Shown here piece by piece: positions 38,609-48,826 of a DNA stretch of 64,000 nucleotides. The notes below the pieces were generated by a model that worked only from the letters and a program-made list of their open reading frames with translations, ran no database searches and was not told where the DNA came from. How positions within the stretch are numbered: position 1 is the stretch's first letter; each line of letters begins with the position of its first letter. Source of the stretch: Candidatus Spongiisociaceae bacterium (lineage in GTDB: Bacteria; Actinomycetota; Acidimicrobiia; Spongiisociales; Spongiisociaceae); contig CBDCOH010000002.1 of NCBI GenBank assembly GCA_965219685.1, positions 2,912,001-2,976,000 of the forward strand, given 5' to 3'. The position numbers were made by a program, and so were the translations under genes.

Positions 38609-40288
38609 TCAACCGGCCGGAAGGAGCGATAGAACCAACGTGGCCCTGGTGTGGTCTCCGTCGGTCCCGACCCCGAGCGCCAGCGCGCTGAGCCCGTCCG
38701 TGAGTACCTCGATCGGACCCTCCGATGTCCCCATGTCGAGGGGATCCACATGATCGAAGATGGTCTCGAGGTCCACGTAGGCCAGGAGCCGGGGGTCGTA
38801 GGAAATGTGGCCCACGGTTCTCCGGTACCGGTCCGTGTCAGCGAGCAGGTCTCTCCCGGCTACCTGGGCATCCGCGATGGATCGCAGCGCCTCGACACTG
38901 GTTCCGAGAGTGAGATACCCGGCGTTGACCATGTAACCGACCGACAACTGCTCCCCGACCTCAACGATCCTCGCCGGCTGGCCCGCACCGACGTCAACTT
39001 CCTCCGCGACAACGCCCATAGGAATCCCGGCGACCAGGGAGTCCAGTGCCTCGGCAAGGGCGTGGCCGGACAGCGGTCGGTGGGACAGCAGCGCCACTCC
39101 GTCGATGAAGGCATCCTGGCGGTCCGAGGGATGAACAGCCACGACCAACTCCCCACCGAGGTGATCGAACAGGTCCTGTTCGAGATCCAGCCCGATTCCC
39201 GTCTCCACGGCTGCCAGCACCACATCCAGGGCATCGGCCACGGTCGCATCCTCCTCGAGCATCGGTCCGCCGTCCATCTGCGGCGCACCGAGGAACCCTC
39301 CGTCCGGTAGGAGAGTTCCCAGGTCGCACGCGTCGAGGACATCGCGCCAGCGATCGAGGTCGGGATCGAATCCGACGGAGACGAACCCGAGCGAGCCGGC
39401 CGGAACCGCCCCCGCGGTGGCCTCGCCCGAAGTCCCCGTCCACCAGCTGGTCACGTCCGGCATCACAAGGTCCAGGACCAGACCGCCGTCCGCCCAGCCC
39501 GCCGAAGCCATCATCCAGCCGGGCGCCCGGAACGTCCCCGAACAACCCCCATCCCCGACTCCGTCACCGATCAGCTCCCTCATCCGACCGTAGTCCAGGA
39601 AGGCGGAGGCGAAGCGCTGATCAGGCGCGGCTGAGCGGGCCTCCAGGAACGTCGGGTTGGCCGCCAGGCTCCGGCTCTCGCCGCCGCTCGCATGATCCAG
39701 GACCTCGCCGATCAGACCCCGATCGGTCGAGAACAGCATCAGGTCGGCGGACAAGGCGTAGACCTCCTCCTCCATCCAGCGGCCGGGGCCGTCGCCAAGC
39801 CAGATCGCACCCTCGCTCACCGCAAGACGCTCGAACGACCCGGATCCATCCGCCTCCCGACGATCGATCCAGCGCGCCAGGAAGTCACCCGCGGCGTCCC
39901 GATCGGTGATGTCGACCGCAAGCGCCAGTCCCGGTCGCCCATCTCCCAGATCGAAGATCGCCGCCGACACCTCCGAACCCATCCATGCGCCGATACCCTC
40001 GAAGTCGGTTCCCATGGCATCGACCAGCAGGGTCTCGGCATGGGTCACCCACTCGCTTACCGCGTCGAACTCGTGGAAGAACTCGACTATCTCGGTCATG
40101 TACTCGAGTTGGCCACCCGTAGCGTCGAGGGACACCGAGGCATACGCGACCGCGTCCTCGGGGTAGTACGCAGCCGAAGCCTCCGCCGCGACAGCAGGAG
40201 TCCCCTCCGGCGAGTAGACCCTCCACATCCACACCGAGGCGATACCCACCGCCATTACCGTGAGGAAGATCAGTTCTCTACGCGTCAT
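38609..40288 (-). CDS. Secreted/anchored DUF3352-like protein
   Basis: N-terminal TM, W.G.E...A, LA.NP.F, LD.EQDL.D.LGGE, YVDL pattern. Confidence 0.65.
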   Translation of the reverse strand: MTRRELIFLTVMAVGIASVWMWRVYSPEGTPAVAAEASAAYYPEDAVAYASVSLDATGGQLEYMTEIVEFFHEFDAVSEWVTHAETLLVDAMGTDFEGIGAWMGSEVSAAIFDLGDGRPGLALAVDITDRDAAGDFLARWIDRREADGSGSFERLAVSEGAIWLGDGPGRWMEEEVYALSADLMLFSTDRGLIGEVLDHASGGESRSLAANPTFLEARSAAPDQRFASAFLDYGRMRELIGDGVGDGGCSGTFRAPGWMMASAGWADGGLVLDLVMPDVTSWWTGTSGEATAGAVPAGSLGFVSVGFDPDLDRWRDVLDACDLGTLLPDGGFLGAPQMDGGPMLEEDATVADALDVVLAAVETGIGLDLEQDLFDHLGGELVVAVHPSDRQDAFIDGVALLSHRPLSGHALAEALDSLVAGIPMGVVAEEVDVGAGQPARIVEVGEQLSVGYMVNAGYLTLGTSVEALRSIADAQVAGRDLLADTDRYRRTVGHISYDPRLLAYVDLETIFDHVDPLDMGTSEGPIEVLTDGLSALALGVGTDGDHTRATLVLSLLPAG

Positions 40289-40568
40289 GTCGCTCCCACC
40301 GAGGCCGTGTCCGAATTGCCGAGACTCACCCACTCGCAAGTTAGCGGCATGTTTAGCAGGATCCGGAGCCAACAGATCCCTATATCACGCCTGTTGTCTC
40401 AGGAGATGCCAGTCTTGATTCCAACCCCCGTTGACGCCAACCTGATCTAGCCTGTCACGACGATGTCCGTGGGCGGGGCCGGAAAGTGGAACTGTCACAC
40501 CCCACGTGGATACTGTGGGAATGCAACGCCAAACGAAGAACCACACTCTAGGCTCGGAACGTTGACTC

Positions 40569-42112
40569 ATGGGCCTGTTTGGGCGCTGGCTCGCGAACCG
40601 CCTCGGCGCCGCCGGAGGCACCGCTCCGGGCCAGTCGCTATCTATCTCGCCACTGCCCCGAAGCTGCCATGAGTCGAACCTTATCGACCTAGTCGATGAA
40701 TGGGGGCTCACGTTTTCTCTCCTAGACGACACCAGGGCATGGCGTGAGAGAGCCGTCTACAAGTTTGTTCTTCGGGACAGTGACCATGTGGATGTTTCCA
40801 CCGCATATCAGATACGTCTTCCCGTTGAAATGGTGCATCCTTACGACCGTACGGCTCGACCCGGTGACCTGTTAAGAGTCGCCCTCCCGTTCACGGTTCG
40901 CGCGAACGATCTCCTCCTCGACATCGACTTTGGAGGTGTTCGGGACAATCCCATCGCGCTGCGGCTTCGACAAGAAATCGCCGAGATGCAGGCTCAGTAC
41001 ATTGCCCACGTAGACGGCCGCCCTCTTGGTGACCAGCCGCTCGGCGGTGCACTCTGGGTCGCGGTGTCATCCTACACCCCCTTCGATTGGAGGGAGCATT
41101 ACGGCAGAGCGAAACCAAGCGCTATACGACGCCTGGTACCGGGATTCCGTGACTTCTGGCGAACGAGGGCTCTAGTCGAATACCTAAACGCTGACCTCAA
41201 GCTCGACATCGTAGCCAAAGACATCACCCGTTGGATCAGCCGAACAGCAGATGCCAGCCAGCTGCTCGCCACAGCCTTGGGAGAGCCCCAAGACATGGAG
41301 TCGTCTTCCGAGTGCATCTTGCTGGCCATTCCGTTCATGCCCGTCAGGCCACGGCGAATCACCGATATTGACATTCTCGTCGATGAGTTCTGTACCTCCG
41401 TCGAGAAGATGGACCCGCCAACTCGAGAGGTGCTGGCCGAATATGGGCGGCGCTGGGAAGTCATAGTCGACACGGTCATACCGATTGGGCAAAGCTGCAC
41501 CGTCAAGATGTCCGAGCAGCGCCCTTGGATCAATGCACCATCACCCATCATGAAGCAGGAGGTTGCTTTCGGAGACGCTGCGACACACATGTGGAGATCA
41601 GAGCCGTTGACCACAACGCTGAGATTCATCGGCCAAGGATCAGCGATCTCGCTGGCGAACGCGAGAGCTACACGATCGTCGACACCGTCCGCGAAACGAC
41701 CGAAGCAACTGCCATCTACGCTTCAGACACCAACCGACCCTACGTTGCGCAAGTAGAGGTGAGGACCCGACTTCGCCGGATTCAACTCTATTTGGCGACT
41801 TGGTTGCTCGTACTCGGAGGTGTCTCGACTGTGATCGCCCTCGTCCTCCCTGAGGAGCCTCACCTGATCGACTCCCTCACCCTTCTCGTGTTCCCGCTGA
41901 CGCTAGCCGGCTCCGTCGTCCTCTACCGCGAGCCGACGCCTCTTGCAGAACGTTTGCTCCGTCGTTGGCGGAAGTGTCTGGTGTCGGCGATAGCTGCGCT
42001 CTGGATCGCGACAGTCGCTCGCCTTCTTCTCTTTGCCGACGTGCCGGCAGCGGAGGCAGTGTGGTCTGCAATCAAGACCACAGGCTGTGGACTAGTATCA
42101 CTAGTGACCTGA
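40569..42112 (+). pseudogene. Uncharacterised ~514-aa membrane protein with one frameshift near 41585
   Basis: ORF 40569-41756 and ORF 41525-42112 join at GCGACACACATG; three C-terminal TM segments lie in the second frame. Confidence 0.65.
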
Positions 42113-42128
42113 GGGAGAGGGGAACGCG

Positions 42129-42299
42129 ATGGCTAAGAATGGGGCTAAGGGAAGCGGCAGGCTCGGAGCGATCTCTGGACGCAGCCAGGTTCAGAATCCC
42201 AAGAGCGGGCTATGGACGAAGCGCGACACTTCGACAGGACGCTTCCTTGCGACCAAAAAGACCGGTGGACCATTCAAGGGAGTACGGCGCGAACGCTGA
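42129..42299 (+). CDS. 56-aa basic hypothetical protein; absent from ORF track
   Basis: MAKNGAKGSGRLGAISGRSQVQNPKSGLWTKRDTSTGRFLATKKTGGPFKGVRRER*; GAGGGG RBS. Confidence 0.82.
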   Translation: MAKNGAKGSGRLGAISGRSQVQNPKSGLWTKRDTSTGRFLATKKTGGPFKGVRRER

Positions 42300-42365
42300 C
42301 CGGCCCTCGGAGTCGAGAAGGAGCACGTCTATCAGTCCCTGTGTCCGCGCTCTGCCGAGTTCCTG

Positions 42366-43598
42366 TCACTGACGTCGGCGAGCGGACGAAAGGACGGCCA
42401 GCACATGGTCGATGTCGGCCTCCGTGTGGTCGGCGTTGACCTGGAGGCGGATCTCCTCGTCACCCCTCGGGACGACGGGATAGGCCAGCCCGGTTGCCAG
42501 AACCCCTCCCTCGAACAGCGCCGATACCAAGCGCCGGGTCTCGTCCGTATCGCGTAGCATCAACGGCACGATGGGGTGTTCCCCGGCAATGATCTCGTAG
42601 CCGAGCGACACCAGACCGTTCTCGAGTCTGGCGGTGAGATCGCGGAGGCGGCCGAGGAGTTCGTGGCCATCCGCGCGGTCGAGGATCTGGAGGGCGGCAA
42701 GGGCCGCGGCGGCTTCGGCGGCCGTGATCGGGTTGGAGTAGATGTAGAAGGGGGAGGTCTCCCGCAGGAAGCGGACCACCGGGCGGCGCGAGACCACGTA
42801 GCCCCCGTTGACGGCCAGAGCCTTGCCCAGGGTGCCGATCAGCACATCCGCCGGCGGGCTGCCCGTGTACTCCTCCGTTCCCCTGCCGGTAGGACCGAAG
42901 GCGCCCACACCATGGGAGTCGTCCACCACGACCACGACATTCTCGGCGAATCCGCCGTCGTGCCGGAACGCTATGTCCATGATCTCGTCGAGCGGCGCAT
43001 GGTCGCCTCGCATCGAGAAGATCCCGTCGGTTACGACTATGGCACGGCGCGCCCGGCCCTTCGCATCGGCGATGGCCCGGTCGAGAGCCGCCATGTCGAG
43101 ATGCGGGTACACAGCCTTGCCCGCCGGCCGGGAGAGGCGTATGGCGTTGATGATCGAGTTGTGGTTGAGCTCATCGGAGATCACCGCGGTGGTCGGGTCG
43201 GTGAGAGCGACCAGGGTTCCCACCACCGCGGCGTAGGCCGACGAGAAGATCATCCCCTCGTCCCGTCCGTGGAAGGCAGCCAGTTTCCCTTCCAACTCGA
43301 CGTGCGGGGTGTGGGTGCCGACGATGAACCGGACCGCACCCGGGCCGGTTCCCATCGCCTGGGCGGTGGCCTCCTCGGCGTGGATGACCTCGGGATGCAG
43401 AGCCAGGCCGAGATAGGAGTTCGAGTTCATCCGGATGAAGGACCGGTCCTCCTCACCCTCCAGAAGATATCGCGGGCCTCTCCGTCCTTCAGGTCTGAGG
43501 ACCTCACGCACCACGACTTCGCGACCCTTGGCCGTCCCCTGCTGCTCGAGTGCGGTTACGTGCCGGTCGAGAGTCGATGCAAGGCGATCGAGTGGCAT
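42366..43598 (-). CDS. PLP-dependent class I/II enzyme, glycine C-acetyltransferase (Kbl)/BioF family
   Basis: SNSYLGL, AVRFI.GT, SDELNHNSII, DGIFSMRGD, DDSHGVG, GTLGKA. Confidence 0.9.
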   Translation of the reverse strand: MPLDRLASTLDRHVTALEQQGTAKGREVVVREVLRPEGRRGPRYLLEGEEDRSFIRMNSNSYLGLALHPEVIHAEEATAQAMGTGPGAVRFIVGTHTPHVELEGKLAAFHGRDEGMIFSSAYAAVVGTLVALTDPTTAVISDELNHNSIINAIRLSRPAGKAVYPHLDMAALDRAIADAKGRARRAIVVTDGIFSMRGDHAPLDEIMDIAFRHDGGFAENVVVVVDDSHGVGAFGPTGRGTEEYTGSPPADVLIGTLGKALAVNGGYVVSRRPVVRFLRETSPFYIYSNPITAAEAAAALAALQILDRADGHELLGRLRDLTARLENGLVSLGYEIIAGEHPIVPLMLRDTDETRRLVSALFEGGVLATGLAYPVVPRGDEEIRLQVNADHTEADIDHVLAVLSSARRRQ

Positions 43599-43727
43599 AT
43601 CAGTCCCGTGGTCGCGGCTCGACGGCCAGGATACCGGCCGGGACCGCCGCCTGAGATCGGCCGTCGCGCCATAATCACCGGTGTTGGTTCACCAGCATGA
43701 CCACGACTCGTCGGCACGGGGGAGCAC

Positions 43728-44522
43728 ATGTCAACCAGTTCACCCCGTCCCGTACTCCGGATAGGAGGACAGGGACGCGTGGCACTGGATGACCTGTTGC
43801 CGACCGAAGAGCCGGTCGAGTTCCGGATGGGTGGCGTGCCGATAGCGGTCCTGATGCGCACACCCGGCAACGACGAGGAACTTGCGCGTGGCTTCGCTCT
43901 CACCGAGGGCATCATCCTGCGCCCGGACGAGCTGGCGTACGTGCGGCGATTGCCGGGGAGAGAGGGAGAAGGACGCTACGAACTTGTTCCGGCCGGGGGG
44001 ATCGAGATCGACCCCGAGCAGTTCCGTCGCAACCTGTACTCGACGTCGTCGTGTGGCGTGTGCGGGAAAGCCTCGATCGATGCGGTGAGGGTTGCATCAC
44101 CGCCTCTGCCCGACGGCCCGACCATCCCCGCCGATCTCCTGTTGGGACTGATGGAGTCCATGCGAGGCGCTCAGAGTGGTTTCGACGAGACGGGGGGGCT
44201 GCACGCTGCTGCAGCCTTCACGCCGGGCGGCCAGCTGCTAGGCCTACGAGAGGACGTGGGTCGCCACAACGCCATGGACAAGCTCGTCGGGTTCCTTTCC
44301 TCCCGGCGCTGGCCGTTGGGGGAGATAGTCGTTACGGTGTCGGGTCGGGTGTCCTTCGAGTTGGTACAGAAGGCTGCGGTAGCCGGTCTCAGCGTCCTGG
44401 CCGGGGTGTCAGCCGCCTCGTCCCTAGCCGTGGATCTGGCCGACGAGGTAGGCCTGACCGTCGCCGGCTTCGTCCGGCCCGGCGGTTTCAACCTCTATAC
44501 CCACCCCCGGCGCATAGCCTGA
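43728..44522 (+). CDS. fdhD: Formate dehydrogenase accessory sulfurtransferase
   Basis: EEP, MRTPG.D.EL..GF..EG, SSCGVCGK, TGGLHAA, EDVGRHNA.DK. Confidence 0.95.
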   Translation: MSTSSPRPVLRIGGQGRVALDDLLPTEEPVEFRMGGVPIAVLMRTPGNDEELARGFALTEGIILRPDELAYVRRLPGREGEGRYELVPAGGIEIDPEQFRRNLYSTSSCGVCGKASIDAVRVASPPLPDGPTIPADLLLGLMESMRGAQSGFDETGGLHAAAAFTPGGQLLGLREDVGRHNAMDKLVGFLSSRRWPLGEIVVTVSGRVSFELVQKAAVAGLSVLAGVSAASSLAVDLADEVGLTVAGFVRPGGFNLYTHPRRIA

Positions 44523-44604
44523 GAGGAGAGCGCACACCCGGTCTGAACTACTGAAAACGGACACGTACCCGATCTAACGCTAAGCGCCGCTCACCACCAA
44601 GCAC

Positions 44605-45084
44605 CTAGCCGTGTTCTGTGTCGCCGGCCAGCAGTTGCAGTATGTGTGGCAGCAGGGGCTCGAGCGCGTCTAGTCCCTCCTTGACGGCTTTCGGACTGCC
44701 GGGAAGGTTCACCACCAGGCACGACCCGATCACGCCGGCCAGACCCCGGGAGAGCGCGGCCATCGGCGTGTGACGCAGCCCCTCTGCCCTGATCAACTCG
44801 GCGAGGCCCGGGGCCGGGCGGTCGATCAGATCGGCAGTAGCCTCCGGAGTTACATCCCGTGGACCGAAACCGGTTCCTCCGGTGGTCACAACCAAACCGT
44901 GGTTGGAACTGAGACCGGCCAGCAGGTCCCTGATCTGCGCACGTTCGTCGGCAACCACGTGGCGATCCACCTCGAAGCCCAGGCCGGACAGCCGCCCGAC
45001 GAGCAGGTCTCCGGAGGTGTCGGCTCTCGTTCCGTGGGTCACCCCGTCGCTGACCGTCACCGAGGCTGCCGAGATTCGCGTCAT
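44605..45084 (-). CDS. MogA/MoaB molybdenum cofactor biosynthesis protein
   Basis: [33 protein letters not shown]. Confidence 0.92.
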   Translation of the reverse strand: MTRISAASVTVSDGVTHGTRADTSGDLLVGRLSGLGFEVDRHVVADERAQIRDLLAGLSSNHGLVVTTGGTGFGPRDVTPEATADLIDRPAPGLAELIRAEGLRHTPMAALSRGLAGVIGSCLVVNLPGSPKAVKEGLDALEPLLPHILQLLAGDTEHG

Positions 45085-45139
45085 GCCCCCATCGTACGAC
45101 CCCGCCCGCGGCTTCGCAGGTCACTACGCTTCCGGACGC

Positions 45140-45925
45140 ATGCCCTGGATCCTGCTCACCAACGACGACGGTGTCGACAGCCCCGCCCTCGTGCCCTTCA
45201 TGGCCGCCTTGGAACGGTTGGGCGAGGTCCGCACCGTCGTGCCGGACGGCCAGCGGAGCTGGATCGGGAAGGCCCTCACCCGGTTCGATCCCATCGAGGT
45301 CGCCGAGGTGGACCGGGCCGGGAAAACCGTCGTGACGGTTTCGGGTACTCCGGCCGACGCGGTCCAGGTCGCCGCGGTTTACTTCGACACTCCACCCGAC
45401 CTGGTCGTGGCCGGCATCAACCTCGGCTACAACCACGGCGCCGGCTACATCGTTTCCTCGGGCACGGTCGGAGCCTGCTTCGAGGGTTGGGAACTGGGCA
45501 TCCCTGCCTTCGGTTTCTCCGCCGGCATACGCGGTACCTGGATCGAGTGGTACCGGCACATGCACACGGAGGAAGCCATCCCGGTCTGGATGAGGCTGGC
45601 GGAGCTCTGCACGGAGATCGTCACGGACCTGCTCGCTGTCGAAGCGGTAGGCGATGTCGTGTCGGTCAACCTTCCTTGGGAGGCGGACCTGACCACCCCC
45701 CGCCGCGTGGTTCCTCCTGCCCGTGTTACCTACGGCCAAGTCCAGCATCGCCGGCCCGATGGGACCTTCGCCTTCCGCTACCGGGAACAGTTCGGCGGAG
45801 TTCCGCTCGAAGGAACCGACGTGGGTGTAAACCGAGCCGGCGAAGTAGCCATCACCCCCCTGCGCGCGCCCACCTCGCCGGAGGTAAGCGATGCCGTGCG
45901 GAGGAGGCTGGAACGCGAAGGCTAG
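45140..45925 (+). CDS. surE: 5'/3'-nucleotidase SurE
   Basis: ILLTNDDG, GTPADAV, GINLGYN, SGTVGA, VSVNLP, ITPL. Confidence 0.9.
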   Translation: MPWILLTNDDGVDSPALVPFMAALERLGEVRTVVPDGQRSWIGKALTRFDPIEVAEVDRAGKTVVTVSGTPADAVQVAAVYFDTPPDLVVAGINLGYNHGAGYIVSSGTVGACFEGWELGIPAFGFSAGIRGTWIEWYRHMHTEEAIPVWMRLAELCTEIVTDLLAVEAVGDVVSVNLPWEADLTTPRRVVPPARVTYGQVQHRRPDGTFAFRYREQFGGVPLEGTDVGVNRAGEVAITPLRAPTSPEVSDAVRRRLEREG

Positions 45926-46009
45926 TTGCCAGTTGCCGATGAACGGCTACCGCACCTGGCTCGTCGTGGCCCGGTCCGGACTCGTTAGTCGAGTACCGTC
46001 AAGAGTTGG

Positions 46010-46107
46010 TCACCATTCACCATTCACCATTCACCATTCACCACTCACCATTCACCACTCACCATTCACCATTCACCACTCACCACTCACCACTCACCAC
46101 TCACTAT
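46010..46107. repeat. (TCACCAY)x13 heptamer array; the next unit contains the permease stop codon
   Basis: Read directly. Confidence 0.95.
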
Positions 46108-47786
46108 GCCGCTATGTCCCTCTGCCCGAATCTGGTGATCGCCAGCCACCCGGTCAGGGCGGCGCCGGCGAGGAGTAGGAAGTAGGTGGGCTCGAAACCC
46201 TTGGCGAGCGGCGGGCCGTCACCGAAGTACCAGTAGAAGGGCGAGATCACCCGCACCGGTTGCATCGCATCGGTCAGGGAGCCCAAGCCGTTCAGCAAGA
46301 AGGTGACGAGAGCCACCACAGCCGTGGTCCGGATGGCTGGGAAGGAGGACCCACCCAGCGCCCAGATCAACATCGCCAGCCCTGCGAAGAAGAGGCCGAG
46401 GAGGCCGAGCCCGGCGCTGGCAGCCAGGATCCGGCCGACTCCGAGCTCGGTGTCCCACGCTATGTCCCCGACGATCGCCGCCACGGTTGGGACCAGAACC
46501 ACGATGACCGTGGAAAGCGCGACCCCTGCGGCCTTGGTCGCAACGACCCGTGACCGCTCCGCCGGGGTGGCGAGCACGAGCTCCAGGACGCCGCTGTGCT
46601 CCTCCCTGGTCAGCACCATCGAAACGCCCCTTACTGCGAACATGATCACGAGGATCGGGCCGATGGTCTGGTAGACACGGGACGAGATGAACCCCGCCGG
46701 CGTGACTATGGCGGCCGGGTCGCTCATGCCGAACATGGCGAACACCTCTCGGGGCATGGACGTGATAAGGGCTGCCAGCGCGTCAGCATCCTGTGCCAAC
46801 GCGGGCCACGCGGAGAACATGACCAGAGTCAGCAGTCCGAGACCTCCTCCCCAGGCCCAGACGGCCTTTCGGCGGTCCCACAGGGCCTTGCGGAACACGC
46901 CGTGGAGCAGCCACGCGGCCCGGGGCCGACGGGTCTTCCTCCGGGACCGACGGGTCCGGACGAGCGCCGGCGCCGGCAACACCTCCCGCTCGGCGCCTAT
47001 GTCCTTCCTGGCGAACAGGAGGGTGGCAGCCGCGGCCACAAACACCGTCGTGACCACCAGCCACAGATGGCCGGCGGTGAACCCCTCGATCAAGGGGTTC
47101 GGCTCCAGGTACCAGGTGAACGGGCTGAACGCGCTCGGCCCCTCCAACCACGAGTAGAGACCTGCGAACCCGTTGATGAACCAGGCCAGGAAGGCGAGTA
47201 GACCGGCCACACCGCCCGCGACGACCGTGCGGCCGGAAAGGGCGCCCACTAGCAGGGTTACCGATCCGAACAGTATCCCCAACAACCACAGGCCGGCGCC
47301 GGACGCCAGCACTGCGACCACCGGTAGGTCCATCTCGAACACGGGGTTGACGATCAGGAGGGCCACCGTCATCACCACCACCAGGACGAGCGTCGCGAGC
47401 GCGACTCCCCCGGCCTTCGCCAGGAACACCCGGCTCCGGGAAAGCGGTGTCGACAGCAGCATGTCCATTAGACCGTCCCTCTCCTCGGCGGTCGTCTCGG
47501 CAGTGGAGGCGCTGATCACGAATATCAGGATCAGGAGGGGCGCGAACAGCGCGTAGAGTTCAGTGGAGAGGAACCCTGCCGCCGTGAGGAAGGTGGCAGG
47601 GTCCAGACCGAACACCGACGACAGTTCCGGCGGGAATCGCTCGATCATCTCGATGAACGCATCGGATTCCCGCAGTATCGGGAACAGCACCCCCAGCCAG
47701 GCGATCAGTGCCACCAAGCCGACACTGTTCCCGATGATCGCCCTTCGCCGGTCACGTAGCGCCTTGGCAACGATGGCGACGTTCAT
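46104..47786 (-). CDS. ABC-2 type permease, internally duplicated
   Basis: Two halves with EE..G...LL.TP..R.RV...K and SPF.WY. Confidence 0.88.
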   Translation of the reverse strand: MNVAIVAKALRDRRRAIIGNSVGLVALIAWLGVLFPILRESDAFIEMIERFPPELSSVFGLDPATFLTAAGFLSTELYALFAPLLILIFVISASTAETTAEERDGLMDMLLSTPLSRSRVFLAKAGGVALATLVLVVVMTVALLIVNPVFEMDLPVVAVLASGAGLWLLGILFGSVTLLVGALSGRTVVAGGVAGLLAFLAWFINGFAGLYSWLEGPSAFSPFTWYLEPNPLIEGFTAGHLWLVVTTVFVAAAATLLFARKDIGAEREVLPAPALVRTRRSRRKTRRPRAAWLLHGVFRKALWDRRKAVWAWGGGLGLLTLVMFSAWPALAQDADALAALITSMPREVFAMFGMSDPAAIVTPAGFISSRVYQTIGPILVIMFAVRGVSMVLTREEHSGVLELVLATPAERSRVVATKAAGVALSTVIVVLVPTVAAIVGDIAWDTELGVGRILAASAGLGLLGLFFAGLAMLIWALGGSSFPAIRTTAVVALVTFLLNGLGSLTDAMQPVRVISPFYWYFGDGPPLAKGFEPTYFLLLAGAALTGWLAITRFGQRDIAA

Positions 47787-47790
47787 GCTG

Positions 47791-48705
47791 TCAACCCCCG
47801 GAAGCCGGATCCCCGCCCGGCCCGTAATAGGAGAGGAACACGTCGTCGAGATCGGCTTCCGCGGACGTGACGGCCCTGACACCCCTGGCCGCTGCCGCCT
47901 TCAGGACGGCCTGCTGGGAGCCGCCGACGCTCAGCCTCAGCATTGCGCCGCCATTCCCGGTGTCGACGACGGTCACTCCCGCTATCCCTGCGAAGTCGGC
48001 CGGGTCGACCGGTGAATCGAACTCGATCGACAGGTTGGATTGGATTTTCGAGCGGAACCCGTCGAGCGTGTCCACCGCGATGAGGCGGCCCTGGCGGACG
48101 ATCCCGACCCGGTCGGCCACCCGCTCAACCTCGGGCAGGTAGTGGGACGACAGGAACACCGTGCGGCCCTCGTTGCGAACCTCGCGCAGCAACTCGGCGA
48201 ACTCCTGCTGCATGAGGGGATCGAGCCCGCCCGTGGGCTCGTCGAGGATCAGCAGTTCGGGCTCGTGCATGAACGCGTTGACCACACCGACCTTCTGGCG
48301 GTTGCCCTTCGAGTACTCCTTGATGCGCCGGTCGAGGTCGAGATCGAACCGCTCAGCCAGCGCGGCCGTGGTGGACGCGGTGTCGATGCCCCTCAACCCA
48401 CTGAAGTAGAACAGGAACTCCCGACCGGTCATCGACGGGTACAGGGCGAGGTCGCCGGGAAGGTACCCGACCCGGCGACGGATAGAAAGGGAGTGATCGG
48501 TTATGTCCATCCCGAAGATTGCGCCGGAGCCTCGCGTCGGCCGGATGAAGTCGAGCAGGAGGCGGATGGTGGTGGTCTTGCCCGCTCCGTTCGGACCGAT
48601 GAACCCGAACACCTCGCCTACTTCGACCGCCAGATCGAGGTCGACGATCCCGGCCGTGTCGCCGTAGTACTTGGTCAGACCGGCGGTTTCGATGACTCGT
48701 GACAC
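47791..48705 (-). CDS. ABC-2 type ATPase
   Basis: GPNGAGKTT, YSKGNRQK, LDEPT.GLDP; GTG start inferred. Confidence 0.92.
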   Translation of the reverse strand: MSRVIETAGLTKYYGDTAGIVDLDLAVEVGEVFGFIGPNGAGKTTTIRLLLDFIRPTRGSGAIFGMDITDHSLSIRRRVGYLPGDLALYPSMTGREFLFYFSGLRGIDTASTTAALAERFDLDLDRRIKEYSKGNRQKVGVVNAFMHEPELLILDEPTGGLDPLMQQEFAELLREVRNEGRTVFLSSHYLPEVERVADRVGIVRQGRLIAVDTLDGFRSKIQSNLSIEFDSPVDPADFAGIAGVTVVDTGNGGAMLRLSVGGSQQAVLKAAAARGVRAVTSAEADLDDVFLSYYGPGGDPASGG

Positions 48706-48826
48706 TGTCCACCTGCCCTTCCCGACCCACCGACCACCCCGTGGCGGCGGGTTTCCTCGCCTGTTGGTCTCGATGAATCCTAGGACTCCTCCACTCCTAT
48801 GCCCGTCCGGCCCAGAAGCGGGTGGG

